Assembly: GCF_004010195.1 (NCBI RefSeq)
Contig: NC_057751.1
Coordinates: forward strand, 17,193,090-17,250,538
Direction of reading: 5' to 3'
DNA length: 57,449 bases
Source: Chiloscyllium plagiosum
Taxonomy: Eukaryota
Positions 11,810-25,451 of the stretch are shown here, one piece after another (within the stretch, counting starts at the first letter, position 1; the number at the start of each line of letters is the position of its first letter). The notes under the pieces were generated by a model. The model ran no database searches. It was not told the origin of the DNA and saw nothing but the letters and a program-made list of their open reading frames with translations. Both the position numbers and the translations under genes were made by a program.

Positions 11810-14065
11810 TGTTTGATGGATGTCGCCGTCCAGCATTTATTACTCACTCCTGGTTGCGTTGGAAAAATGGGTGGTGCGCTGCCTTCTTGAACTGCTGCAG
11901 CCCATCTCTTCAAGTTTGACCCAAAATGCTATTACGGAGGGAATTCCAGAATTTTGACTCAGTGACACCGAAGGAACAGCGATATATTTCAAAGTCAGAA
12001 TGGTGAGTGACTTGAAGGGGAACTTGACTATGGTGAATTTCCCAGATTTCTGTTGCTCTTCAAGATGGAAATGTTCATGAACTTGCTAAGTGCTGCTAAG
12101 GGTCTTTGGTGAATTCCTGCAGTGTGTCTTGTTGATAGTACACACTGCTACTACTGAGCGTCGGTGGTGGAGGGAGTGGATTCTCGTAGCTTTAGTGCCA
12201 ATCAAGTGGCCTGTTTTATCCTAGGTGTTGTCAAATCTCTTGAGTGCTATTGAGCTGGCACTAAAGCAGGCAAAAGTGGACCATAACATCGCACTCTTGA
12301 CTTCTGCTTTGTAGATGGTGGACAGACTTTGTGGTGTCAGGAGGTGAGTTATTCACCGCAGTAAGATGAAATTCTGACGTTTGCTTGTAACCACTGTGAA
12401 CTCCAGTTGAGTTTCTGTTTAAGGATAACCCCCAGAATGTTGGTGGTTGGGGTTTCCGTGATGGAGCATCGTTGAATATGAATGGGCTGCTGTTACAGTG
12501 CTTCTTATTAGTGATGGTCATACACTGGCATTTATGTGGTGTGAAAGTAACTTAACACTTGTTATCCCAAGCCTGGATAATGTCCTATCTTGGTTCATGT
12601 GAATGTGGACTGCTTCAGTATTTGAGGAGTCACGAATGGGCCTAGACGTTCGTAAGTTCAGAAGGTACAGGCACAGAATTCGGCCAGTCGGCCCATCCAG
12701 TCTGCTCCGTCATTTGCTCATGGCTAATATGCTTCTCACTACGATTTTCGTGCATTCTCTCAATAACCAATGAATATTAACTAGTAAAAGTCTGTCTAAC
12801 TCCTCCTTAAACTTACTAAATGTTTCAGCGTGCAGCACACTTTGAGGAAGCGAATTCCGCAGATTCACAACTTTGGGAGAAGTAGATTCTCCTCAATTCA
12901 TTTTTAGATTCTTACCCCTTATCCTTAGACTATGGCTGCTCGTCCGATAGTAACCCACAAGACTGAAATATCCGCTCCACATTAATCCTATCCATGCATT
13001 TTTCATTTGAGTACCTCAATTTGAACTCGGCTCACTCATCAAAATTCCACAGAGTATTTGCCTGAACTGGCCTTTTTTTCTATTCATGCAGCAAAACCGT
13101 CATCTCTTGGATGAATCTGACGAACTTCTTCCGAACTACCTCCAGTGCCACTGTGTCTTTCCTCAAAAAGGCGTGCAAATCTATGAAGTAGGCTCCATGT
13201 GCGGTCTTACCAACGCTTTGTATGAGTGAAACAATACTTCCTAATCAATGAATTCTATTCCGTCCACTGTAAATGCCAACATTCCACTCACTTTCTTTTT
13301 AATCTACTGGACCTGCATGTTACTTTTTCGTGACTCAAGAACGAGGACAGTTGGAGTGTCATACAATCATTGGCGAACATCCCCATTCAGAATTTATTAT
13401 GGAGCGGAGGTGTTTATGAAGGAGCCTACGATGGTTGGGCATAGGATACTACCTTAAGGAACTCCTGCAGAGAAGTCCAGGAGCTGAAATGGCTAACCTC
13501 GAACAACCACGAACATCTTCCTGCGTGTCAGGTATGACACCAATCAATGACGCCCATTGACTCCAGTTTTGCTCGGCCTCTTTGATGTCCCTCCCGTTTG
13601 AATGCAGTCTTGATGTCAAGGACTGCCACTTTCACCTCATCTCTGCATATCAGTTTTTTGGTCCAAGCCTGAACTGCGTGGTCGTGGCGGAACCCAAATT
13701 GGGCATTATTGAGCATATTATTGCTGAGCAGGTGCTGCTTGATAGTACTGTTAATGACAATTCCAACCCATTAACAGATGATCGCAATTCGATTCACTGG
13801 GCAGTTAAAAAGCCGGGTTGATTTTGTCCTGCTTTGTATGGACAGCACATAGATGGATAATTTTCCACATTGCTGGGTATATTTTGGTTTTGTAACTGTA
13901 TTGCAACAGCTTGGCCAGGGCAGCAGTAGTCTCTGGAGCAAAAGTCGTCTGTACTTCTGCCGTTGTTGGGGTGGTGGTGTTTGCAGTGTCTTGAACCGTT
14001 TCTTGATATCACATTAAGTGTATCAAATTGGCTGATGACTGGTATCTGTAATACTGGCGACCACT
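11810..14065 (-). mobile_element. Decayed non-LTR retrotransposon (CR1/L2 group) in the GPCR intron, with a nested CR1 fragment at ~12650-13345
   Basis: ORF 13528-13716 gives LNNAQFGFR..AWTKKL..EVKVAVLDIKTAF (RT domains). The nested segment carries a CR1 3' end on -. Confidence 0.7.
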
Positions 14066-14567
14066 CAATGTGAAGAAATTCATGACTGAAAGCAGTCACA
14101 TGCAGAAATAACTTCAAGCAGATAGTACTTTCAACTTTTAGAGGTACTTGGTTACTAGGTCACTACTCAGATTTCCTTTAGAAGTATCGAGGTTTCCAAC
14201 AAAATCAACAGGCCTTTGCCAATTTGGCGTGGGCATGTTAAAAAAAAGACTAAGTATCCTAATTCCGTTTCTCTACATTTGACTCATAGTCTGAGTTTCT
14301 TGACATTGCAAGCACAAGTCGAAATGCATCTCCAACGTTATAGAAGCTTCAGTCTCTTCCAGGCTCACAGGCAGTGAGCTCCAGATTCCCTCGAAACTCT
14401 GAGTAGTTTTATCTTTCTCCTTTCTATTGCCCTAAAGCCATGTTCCCAGTCATTATTCCCTCCACCAAATGGACACATTCTTGCCTGCCTCCCCTATCTG
14501 TGCCCCGCAAAAACTTAAACATCCCTTTCACGTAAACTTGCATGCTCCTCTGCTCCAAGGAAAACAA

Positions 14568-15211
14568 CGTATTCAGGCAAGACGCTGCAAGCACACAGCA
14601 AACCAGGCAGCAAATGGAGGCATAAATTCGACGAATTGGGGAGATGTGAAGGCAGGGAGAGGGTACATCCTGTTTGTTCAAAGGACGGAAAGAATCCGTT
14701 TGCTAGCAGGGAGGAGTGGAATGCAGGAGAGGGGCTGGGGAAGGAGTGGGAAATGGGAAGGGAGGTTATTTGATATTCGAGAAATCAATGTTGCATCCTC
14801 CAGACTGTAGGAATCAATTGGAGAAACAACACCTCATTTTCCACCTGGGCAACCTACAACCGGCGGACACAACATTGATTTCTCTACTTTAGACAAACCT
14901 CCCTTCCCATATGCCTACTCTCGTCCCAGCCCGTCACCCTCCCTTCTTCTTCCCCTTGCCACCAACTGTCTTCATTCTTCCCAAATAGTCGTGCCCTGTA
15001 CCTGTCTTCACCTATCCCCACTTCACAACCTTGTCACTGCGACCACTTTTGTCTGCACCTCCCCTTACACCAACCCCCAGTCCTGAAGAAGGGTTGCACC
15101 AGAAACGTCAACTTCTCCACCTCCAGATGCTGCCAAGTTTGCTGTGTTCTTCCAGCCTCCTGCCTATTTACTTTCAATTCCAGCAGCAGCAGTTTTTTTT
15201 CTTAATCTAAT
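14568..15211 (+). mobile_element. Penelope-like element 3' fragment with 5' inversion
   Basis: TSD caaggaaaacaa at 14556-14567 and 15212-15223. 14813 onward encodes LEKQHLIFHLGNLQP (GIY-YIG C-terminus). Degenerate hammerhead at 15079-15114. 14568-14812 is inverted. Confidence 0.75.
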
Positions 15212-15844
15212 CAAGGAAAACAATCACAGCCTGCATTCAGCTCTCTTCCTTATGAAAATTCTCGAGTTTTGGTAACATCCACTCTTTCCATCCACTCCAT
15301 TGTAATATCCAGCACAGCGAATCCTCCAACTACACACAATACTCTTGTTGTAGCATAGTTCAACGCTTTATAGCGTTTCAGAATCATCTTCCTGCTTTAG
15401 AATTCTGTACTTTGTCTAACAAGTAAAATATGCTGTATGCCTTCCCAATCAGGGTATCTACTTTAGCCATGAAATATAGACATTGGCTGTTCACTAAGAT
15501 ATGACTCAATGCATTATTCTTGCCAATCAAGGTGGCACAGCGCGAATGCATCCCCGTATTTCAAACGTTTTTGTATTGTGATATGTCGATCAGTGCAGTA
15601 CACAGAATGGTGAAGGTGATAATATGACCAGAACTTTATGCTCCTTAATGCAACTTTTTCATGTTTATTGGTTACTGTACAAATGGCCTCCAGCTCTTTG
15701 AATGTATGTATGTTGACTAAGGAAACTTGCATTTGTATTTCAAATTCTGACGAATCTACAACCACGGTACTCCACTCACAGGGAATTGTCAATGAATATT
15801 TGGCTTCTCCGATCTCAGCAAAGGTTTGGGTTGTGTCGTAGGTT

Positions 15845-16560
15845 TCGTGCTGCTGAATAAAGAGACTGTGGAGTGTAAGTTCATAGCCCCTTGAAAGTAG
15901 AGTGGCAGCTAGATAGGATAGTAAATGAGGTGTTTGCTATGCTTTCCTTCCTTGGTCAGAGCATTGAGTATAGCAGGTCATGCTTCGGCTGTACAGGATC
16001 TTGGTTAAGTCATGCCTGGAATATTTCATGCAACTCTGATCTTCTTCCTATCGGAAGGATGTTATGAAACTTGAAAGGGTTCAGAAAAGACGTACACGGA
16101 TGTTGCCAGGGTTGGAGGATTTGAGCTATAGGGAGAGGCTGAATTGGCTGGGGCTGCTTTCGTTGGAGTGTCAATTTGGAGGGGTGACCTCGTAGAGGTT
16201 TATAAAATCATGAGGGGTACGGATAGGATAAGTAGACAAAGTCTTATCCCTGGGGTGCTGGAGTCCTGAACTAAAGTGCATAGGTTTAGGATGAGAAGGT
16301 AAAGATATAAAAGGGACCTAAGGGGCAACGTTTTCACACAGAGGGTGGTGTGTGTATGGAATGAGCTGCCAAAGGAGGTGTTGGTGGCTGAGACAATTGC
16401 AACATTTAAAAGGCATCTGATGGGTGTATGAATAGGAAGGGTTTAGAGCGATATGGGCCAAGTGCTGGCAAATGGGAAGAGATTAGGTGATGATATCTGG
16501 TCGGCATGGACGAGTTGGTCAGAAAAATCTGTTTCTGTGTTGTCCATCTCTTTGACTCTA
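15845..16560 (+). mobile_element. CR1 LINE 3' fragment in the GPCR intron
   Basis: KLERVQKRRTRMLPGLEDLSYRERL and GDLVEVYKIMRG motifs, followed by a CR1 3' UTR ending gactcta. Confidence 0.88.
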
Positions 16561-16680
16561 TTACTTTTATCACAATAGGAATTTACAAGCCTTTGAACCA
16601 AATTTGCAACACTTACTGCACCATGTCAGAAAAAGAAAACTGTATCAGTAATATCCATGTCGCATTTTTCTTTCCCATAG

Positions 16681-17552
16681 TAAATATCGTGACAATTGCC
16701 ATCCTGTCTCGGGGAAATTGCGGACTTTCTGCCTGCACGACTCTCTACCTGTTGGCCATGGCAGCGGTGGATCTGCTGTTTGTTATCACTGAGGTCATAC
16801 TCCGTAAGATCAAATACGACTATTTCTCGAAAAGTTTCTTGGATATCACTCCTGTGTGTAGTTTTCACTATGCCCTAAACCGTGCAGTCATAGACTGCTC
16901 TGTATGGTTCACCATTGCTTTCACCTTCGATCGATTTGTCACCATTTGTTGGCAGCAGAAGCTTAAATTGAAATATTGTACTGAAAAGACTGCATATGTG
17001 GTTCTAGTTACCACGGGAATTCTACTCTGCTTAAAAAACATTCCTATTTACTTTAGATTTAGATCTTCAAAAATCATCAATAATGTACCGTGGTACTGTT
17101 CTAATACACAGGCGTATTACTATGATCCCGTATGGAGAGGATTTAAACGATTTGAAAAGGTTTTAACGCCAATACTCCCGTTCTTTTTAATTACATTGCT
17201 GAATACACTGACAATAAGACACATATTAAGCTCCAGTCGTATCCGCAAGCGACTAAAGAGCCAAAGGAATGAAGAGAAAAGCAGTGACCAAGAAATAGAG
17301 AGTAGAAGACAGTGTGTAATCTTACTCTTCGCCATATCCGCCAGTTTCATACTTCTGTGGTTGTGGTATATCTTAAATTACTTTAACATTGATTCTCCTT
17401 TGGATAGTGCTGGTGAATATACTTTCAGAGTTGTTGCGTATATGTTGCGGGATTTGAATTGCTGTACAAACTCCATTATTTATGTGGCAACTCTGTCCAA
17501 GTTCAGAGAACAATTCAGAAATGTAGCGAGATCTCTTTTTTATGTAAGTTAG
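16681..17552 (+). CDS. GPR139/GPR142-like class A GPCR, coding exon 2 (TM1-TM7); full protein 312 aa with exon 1
   Basis: Open frame with LSRGNCGLS, YLLAMAAVDLL (TM2), DCSVWFTIAFTFDRFVTIC (TM3, DRF), KYCTEKTA, LNTLTIRHIL, FILLW (TM6) and NCCTNSIIY (TM7). 67+872=939 nt including stop. Confidence 0.92.
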
Positions 17553-18040
17553 CCTGTTTATAAATAAGCAAAGGAACTTAAACAACCTAAGACCCAAAGG
17601 GTAATGGACGACAAATGATAACTGAAAGACTTAAGGATAAGGTGTCTTCAGTTGTAAATTGATGGTGATGAACAATTAGCAATAAGAGAAGATTAGGTGG
17701 AGAGATGATTATCCGAAGTAAACTAGCACCAAGACCGTGCATAAAGAAAAGGTACAAAATGTTGCAAAGTAAAGTACTAACATCAGTACTTTCAGTCACT
17801 GCAATGAACAGTGACCTTATTGGGAAATAAGTGACCTTTAAAGAATAGATTCAAAAGAGCCAGAATGAAAGCGAAGGTGCTGCACTGTAGAAGAGAAATT
17901 GATGAAACAGTGTCTCATCCAACTTGGCTGGTTAGAGTCGCAGCTTCTCACATCTGTTCATGAACACAAATAACATCCCTCCTCAACAAAGACTGTGTAT
18001 TCTGAAATCTTCATCTGAACCTTCATTACTTTAACAGACA

Positions 18041-18057
18041 TTATTTATTTAAATAAA
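18041..18057 (+). promoter_or_regulatory. Candidate polyadenylation signal with adjacent AU-rich element
   Basis: ttatttattta immediately followed by AATAAA (18052-18057) and a GT-rich downstream stretch, about 500 nt after the stop codon. Confidence 0.5.
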
Positions 18058-18639
18058 GAATTATTCTGTGTTGCTTCCATCTTTTCCTGCGAGATATTGG
18101 ACAGACACATTTACAGAACACAGATTGGGGCTATGGACCATGTGCAGCCAAATGGGATTACTTTCGAACGACATTATGGTTGGCACACATATGGTTAGCT
18201 GAAGAACTGATCTTGTTCAGTACTTTTAAACGTTCTTATATATCCCAGTCTATGGACAGGATGGAAATCCCGATTTCCAATGGTTATAAGTACCTCTGGA
18301 GTGGTCCGTATTTGTTTTTAGGTGGGATAGCAGCTGGGGTAGGAATGGAGGGGATTTATGGCAAGGATAAAAAGGCTGAGATACCATTAACCATAGATCG
18401 GGTCAAAAAAATTCAACCCTATTCAAGTAAACAATCTCAGGATGAAAGTCTTCATTTGTAGAATATCTTATTTTGCCTTAAAGAGAGCTTCAAGCATTGC
18501 TTGATTCATATTAGCATTGGGTGGCTTATAGTGAATGGTGTCTATGTTGATACTGACATTCAATATCCATCTTTAAAAGTCCTGCTGACACTTATGAATT
18601 CTCCACGTTACTATTGACTTGTTTTAGATCAGGTTAAAA

Positions 18640-19070
18640 AAAAACAGATTTCTCGACTTCATGGACACCAGTGAATTAGAATTTCTTTACACGTATTTAG
18701 ATGCTGGCTATTAGAATCGCTTTTAAGTTGTAGATTTTATTTTTATTAATTTTTAATTAATATTCGAACCCATTTCCCCAAAATATTGGCCTCGACCTCG
18801 GTTTACCTTGGCCAATGACTTCACCAGTGGATAATTGCTGTTCATCACAAGGTTCCTTCTTCCATTTCATTCAATCATTTTCTCACACATTCATACACTT
18901 ACTCTTTCAAATATTCTTGCCGTTTTTACCAGATACTTACTGTCACCCTTGCTGACACATACACACTCACTTACACGCTCTCGCTTTTCTCACTCAGGTA
19001 CCAACAATCTCAGCCGTACTTTCTTAAACGTACCTTCACTTGCACACACTCTCACTCACTCACTGAGATA
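18640..19070. repeat. Decayed SINE (-) followed by a CA-rich tract
   Basis: Same arrangement as 3250-3720 (atggacacc..agattttat..tattcgaacc..caatgac..ctgtt, then CA-rich). Confidence 0.45.
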
Positions 19071-20044
19071 ATCATTTTCACATACCGTATCTCTCCTGCT
19101 GATTGCAGTGTATATAGTGAAAGGCTAAGCAGATACATGGGCTGAATATACTGCATTTGCTCCCAAATGCTATGCAATTAAGTGACCTGAAACGAAACAA
19201 ATGTGAATTGGGGATCCCTTTTATTCATCCAGCAAGTGTTTATTGTATCAAAGTGACTAGGATGCATGTTCAACCGAGTTATTCAATCGGTCATTGGAAG
19301 ATTATTTTGATTGAAATAATGTACAAGGGTATGGAAAAAAAAAGAAGTTTGACACTGGTTGATGATGCTATTTTAACGAATCAGCACTGACAATATGTGT
19401 GAATCGCATCTTTTTGCACTCTATTGAATATATGCGACTGTCTTTAAATGAATCTCAGAAGATGACGTCCAACCATTACTGTGTTAAGGACATGAAATTT
19501 GAAAACAATCACAAGAGATCAACGGCACGACAAATATGGAAGTTCGTTTTGTGATTTGTTTGAATTGAAAAGGCTTTAGCGGCAACCTGCTGGGGAAACA
19601 ACTGTATTTTAACTAAAGGTTAAAAGTAATGAGTTAACAATCGCTAAATAAGCAGAATTAGTAAATAATTGTCATTAAAGAGACCATTTAATAAATAGAT
19701 AAAACAATTGGAAATTATCATCAGTAAAATGCTGTCCTTATCAAATAACATATTCGAAGATTGAAAACGTTCTACTGATTTATCTGAAGTGTCTAGAAAT
19801 ACAAGACGAAGTACAATTCGTGAGGGGGGTTTACAGCTATTACACGGTTCATTGCACTGTCATATCGGCTGATGAGGCATAACTTCGTCTATTCAACCTA
19901 ACTGACTCCAACTATTGAACGAGCGCAATGAATGTTCCAGATTGATTCTTGGTATGGTAGGTTGAAAGTTTGAATAGAGACCTAATCGGTTAGTGTTATA
20001 CTTAATGGATATGAGAAGAATACGAGAAACGTCCAGGAACTTCC

Positions 20045-20688
20045 TGTCATGACACGGGGTAAATCCTTCGGCTAATTTTACACCAAACTCACAGAAAAGC
20101 TCACCTCACTTTGTAATCTGGAGAAGAACTATCAAATCCCAATATTTACAAAACTGATTTCTTCTTTAACTGCAAGCAAAAGATAGGGAATATTCGACAA
20201 CAATTACACTGTCAGCCTACTTTGCCTGATTGATCTATCTATCTCCCACTCTACAACAATATGACGATCCTATTAAACTCCTCAATTAAGTTGTACAAAA
20301 AGAAAATCAAATTTCAAAACCATTTAGCTGTGTCTTCCTTTTCTATCTTCCTCTGTCGGTTTTCCTGTGTCGCCATTTCTTCAGTGTTCCGCTGCATAGA
20401 TTTCATATGAAGCAATAACTTTCAGAGAGCGATTATGCGATTTTAATGCCCCAAAATTATCATCTCATTAGTTTGATGTCGTCAAAATAATAAAATTCAA
20501 ATTCAATTGGATTTAAACTGATTGGTCAAATTCACATTTGTTGTGTAATATAGCATCTCAGCTCTAGGTGTTTGATTCATAGCCAATTGCTCCATTTTTA
20601 AAATTTTCAGCACACCCCTTACTTGTTAAGGCGATGCCATGTTTAGTTCTTTCTTAATGGTACAGTACACACCATCAAGTTCATAATA
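20045..20688 (-). repeat. 3' LTR of the Gmr1-like element
   Basis: Ends tgtcatgac.../...ttcataata, homologous to the ends of 25452-26170. Polypurine tract aaaggcggagg on - immediately adjacent (20689-20699). Confidence 0.7.
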
Positions 20689-23600
20689 CCTCCGCCTTTA
20701 AGAAAGAAAACGAACCATCATAATGAAAACAATCCTTCGTTTTCTTTTATATGCAATAACCACATTACCATGACATACATATGATTTAATCTAAGTTCAT
20801 ATTGACTTCTCCCCACATATATATATAAAACATTGAACAGGCGCCAATCTCATCTATACTTCATCGGTTACATCCGCGATTATGCATCTGTTGATACATT
20901 CTTACAAACTGCAACATGTACGACGATTTATAAAATAAACGCCTGTAACTTAAGACTCCAACTATACTCTCATGTTCTTGCCTTTAAAGTATTCCAGAAA
21001 TGTAGGAACATTTTGATACATGTGCACAATCATCTCCAACACATTGTTCATGACATAAACATTAAACAGTTGTCAGGCTAGTACCAAACTGACAAGTTCT
21101 TTTTCGATCTTAGAGTATTTTTTTTAGTGGAGTTTCGTTGAAAAGTAACCAACTGGCAGTACAATTCCCTCACCATCTTCCTCTAGCAGTACAACTCTAA
21201 TGCCTATTTCGCTGGCATCTTTCAAGGTCACAAAAAGTTTGATGTAGCTAAAACTGGTGTGAAGATTAATATTGCTTTTGCACTGTCAAATGTCTCCTGG
21301 CATTGTTCTGTCCAACTAAAGTGTGTGTTCTTCTTCAACAAATCTGTTTACATTGCCACGAGACTGTTGAAATTTGGAATGCATTTTCGATAAAATCTGC
21401 TCAATCCCAAAAATCGAAGCACCGCTTTCTTCGAGGTTGGTCGTGGAGTTTTGTCGATGGCCATCGTCTTTGCATTCCTTGGGGTCACACTTCCATGACT
21501 GAATTTGCGAATTCAATTTTGTTTAAGTTTATCACCATTTTCCTTCTATCAATAAGTCAAAGAGTTCTTCTAATTGTATCATGTGATCTTCCGAGTGCTC
21601 ATTAACGATCACTACATAGACTGCACAGTTTTTTTTAACCAAGCTTCAATTCTGTTGATGAGTCTTTGGAATGTGGCGGGTTTGTTCTTCAATCCAAAGG
21701 GCATCACTTTGAATTGGTACATTCCATTTAGGGGTTATAAGCATAGAGGTTTCTTTTGCATTCTCTGATAAAGGTACCTGCCAATAGCCACGCAGTAAGT
21801 CCAACTTGAAGATATAACTGCATTTTTCAATTCTCTCTGTATAGTCCTGCAATCTCGATGCTGAGTATGAGTCCGCTAATATTACAGCTTTGACCTTCTG
21901 ATACTCCACAGAAATTTGATGAGTCCTCTCAGGTTTTGGAACAAAGACAATCGGCGAACCCCACTTGCTCTGACTCGGTTCGACAATCTCATTTTTGAGC
22001 GTGGCCTTAACTTCCTACTGGACCTGTTGGACCTGGAAAGGATTAAGCTGGTAAGGGTGCGGTTTTATCGGAACTGTATTCCCTCCGTCTCCCTCATCCA
22101 CAGTAGCATAATCCTCCCCATCTGATTCCTACATATATCCTCATAGTGTTGTCAGAAACCTTTCAGCAGTGTTCTTTGCCCCTGAGACAGGCAGCTTACT
22201 AACCTATACCACTCCTTAAGGACCGCCTCAGCGTTTAATAGATTTGGAGTCACATCAACCTCCACAACATCTAGATTTGATTCCTCACTCTGAGGGGCGG
22301 TAACTAGCTCCTTTTTTTTCCGTTTCCTTCTCCCTGTTATCAGAACGTTTCAAAATATTCACAGGACATACCCGATAAAGGTAATTTTTACAATCTGGCA
22401 TTTTTACCAAATGGTTCACTCGAATCAACTGCTTCTCAATTTGATAGGGACCACTAAATCTGGCCTTGAAGGAATATCCTGTCGCTCGTAACGATGCGAA
22501 TACGTAATCTCCACGGGAAAATATCGGAATTTCAGATTTTGGATCTGCCCTCTTCAGGTGGTGTTTCGCTAACTTACCGACCAAATCAATCTCCCCCTCG
22601 TCTCAGAGACAAAATCCAAGTGTGAGATCTCCAACCTTGGTCCTGTTAATCTCATTTTAATCAATTACAAAGGGATTCTCACTGCATGTCCAAATATTTA
22701 CTCAAATAAAGTAAACTGAGTACATTAGCGTAGGGCATCTCTAATGGCAGACAGTGCGAATGGGATATGTTTATCCAAAACATTCTGGTAACACGGACAG
22801 GATGCTCTCAACATGGCCTTCCGGGTTTGATGCCACCATTCTGAAGTGCCCTGGGGTTCAGGATGATACGCACTTGATATAACGTGCTGCATAACTTGAC
22901 TTCGTTAAAAAGCCTGGCAGTAAAATTAGAACTTTAGTCTGAACTTTAATCTCTTCACGTAGCTCATAACTCGTGAAGAAAGCTCCTAACTCTTCTCTCA
23001 CCCTTTTTGTCTTAATGCTCCATAATGGAATTACCTCCAGAAATCTGGTAAACACTTCCACGATGGTTAGCAAGTACGATCCCATTTTTAGTTTTCAGGA
23101 CGGGCCCTACACAATCAACCATAACCTATGTGAAAAGATCTTCGAATGTGGGAATTGGCAACAAGGGTGATGGTTTTTATTACTGACTGTGGCTTACCTT
23201 CCTGTTGGCATGTATAATACATATCACAAAAGTTAACCACATCCTTTTGCATCCCAAGCCAATAGAACTGTTTTCGTACTTTTGCCTGAGTCTTCTGTAC
23301 ACATAGGTCACTTCCTACAGGTCGTTCATGTCCTTCCCATAGCACTTCCTGTCTGTATGTTACCAGCAACACTTTCTGGTACACTTCTGCCCATTACTTC
23401 TCTGCACTAACCTGCAGTGTTCTCCATTTTAGTCTTAAGAATCTGTCTTTGATAAAATAACCTCCACAATATTCTCTGTCTCCTTTTATGAGCATGCATC
23501 AGCATAACGTTCTTTTATTGTTTCGCCTTTCTGCTGTAATCCCATTAACCAATCACTTCTGTCTGACTTTGCCACTCTACTGCTCGTCTCAATTATTGAA

Positions 23601-24014
23601 TATTCTATTGACCCATTTCAATTCTTATGAGATCTGGAAGTGTATTTTTAAAATCCTCCAGCAGAAGAATCTCTAATCAGGCCTCATAGGTTTAAGGCCC
23701 GCATCCATCTGTCAAATTTGCTCAGCTTAATTCTTGCAAACTCAGCATAAGTCTGACCTGATTCCTTCTTTATGCTTCTGATTCGCTGTCAAGACACTTC
23801 CGGTACAAAGTCATGAGCAATCAAAATAGCCTGTTTGACGTCTGCATAATCTCTTGGCCCGTCTTCTGACAACACTGACAATATCTCATTAGCTCTGCCT
23901 ATTAGTTTCTTCTGATCAAGCATTACCCACAAGTCCTCTGATCATCCTGTCTGCCTAACTAATTTTTGAAAAAAAAAGAAGGCTTCGATATTTTTCTAAT
24001 CAACATGTTGTAAC

Positions 24015-24740
24015 ACTAGAGTAGTGATAAATGGCTCCATTTTGGAATGGCAGGCAGTGACCAGTGGGGTACCGCAGGGATCAGTACTGGGACCACATCT
24101 TTTTACAATATATGTTAATGATATAGAAGATGGTATTAGCAATAACATTAGCAAATTTGCTGATGATACTAAGCTGGGTGGCAGGATGAAATGTGATGAG
24201 GATGTTAGGAGATTACAGGGTGACCTGGACAAGTTAGGTGAGTGGTCAGATGCATGGCAGATGCAGTTTAATGTGGATAAATGTATGGTTATCCACTTTG
24301 GTGGCAAGAACAGGAAGGCAGATTACTACCTAAATGGAATCAATTTGGGGATCTGATTGAGACGTATAAGATTATGAAAGGATTGGACACTCTGGCAGCA
24401 GGAAACATGTTTCCGCTGATGGGTGAGTGCCGAACCAGAGGACACAGCTTGAAAAAACGAGGTAGACCATTTAGGACATAGATGAGGAGAAACTTCTTCC
24501 CCAAGAGAGTGGTGGCTGTGTGGAATGCTCTGCCCGGGAGGGCAGTGGAGGCCCAGTCTCTGGATTCATTTAAAAAAGAGTTGGATAGAGCTCTCAAGGA
24601 TTGTGGAATCAAGGGTTATGGAGATAAAGCAGGAACAGGATACTGATTAAGGATGATCAGAGATAATCATATTGAATGGTGGTGCAGGCTCGAAGGGCAG
24701 AATGGCCTACTCCTGCACCTACTGTCTATTGTCTATTGTG
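24015..24740 (+). mobile_element. CR1 LINE fragment (internally deleted) inserted in the Gypsy gag region
   Basis: SGVPQGSVLGP..SKFADDTKLGG (RT catalytic motif) and a (gtctatt)n tail. Confidence 0.9.
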
Positions 24741-25428
24741 CATTGTCTAACATTTTAACATAACTCTGTATTCACCACCTCGTCTCTTCTGTTGTATCCA
24801 TGTCGTCGTATGCTGTTAATTTGACTTTCTTGATTAAGTTGCAACTTCTGAAGTTCGAACATTCTCTTCATTTTTTCTTCTCACTCCCTTTTCTCTCCCT
24901 TTCTTCTCTCTCTTTACTCAGCTGAGAACCTTTGCAGTCTTTCTTTTCCCTCTCTCTCTTTGTTTACCTTCTCACTCCATTTTCCTCTATTGTAATTTAA
25001 GTTAATTAGAACTGTGCTGTTCTTTTCTGTTTCCCAGACATACATAAGTGTATTGGTAATTCCCTGACAATTTTAGCTTTACTTTTTCTCCTTGCTTAAA
25101 CCCCAAAATAACCTCTTTATGAATTCTAAAACGATGGTCTTTTCTTTGTGAACTTTCTCGGCAAATTCTGGAAACATTTTCAAACCCCACAACCTCTTCA
25201 GTAAGTTTAGGAACCGTTTCTCTCACTTCTTCATTCAACTAACGACAAATAACAGAGAAAAGGAAAACCAATTGTCTCGTCTAAGTTTTATTTAAAGATC
25301 TAGGACACTAATCTGCAAGCGTTTACATTTGCCAGGATCTTTCCCACCAGGATCTTTCCCATCAGGATTTGCCAGGATCTTTTCAAATCTGTCCAAATCG
25401 CAGACTGGATCTGTCCCAACCTGCCCAA

Positions 25429-25448
25429 ATCAAGGACACGAACCCCCA
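25429..25448 (-). promoter_or_regulatory. Primer-binding site (tRNA-Pro-like) of the Gypsy element
   Basis: - strand TGGGGGTTCGTGTCCTTGAT directly after the 5' LTR, a degenerate form of the tRNA-Pro PBS TGGGGGCTCGTCCGGGAT. Confidence 0.6.
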
Positions 25449-25451
25449 AAG

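Noticed and set aside
16506..16680. N-terminal 58 aa of the 348-aa ORF
   Set aside because: The ATG lies in a CR1 3' UTR and the stretch ends in a polypyrimidine/AG acceptor. It is intronic.
25331..25383. Short ccaggatctttccc tandem repeat
   Set aside because: It is a local slippage repeat in the Gypsy leader with no evidence of independent function.
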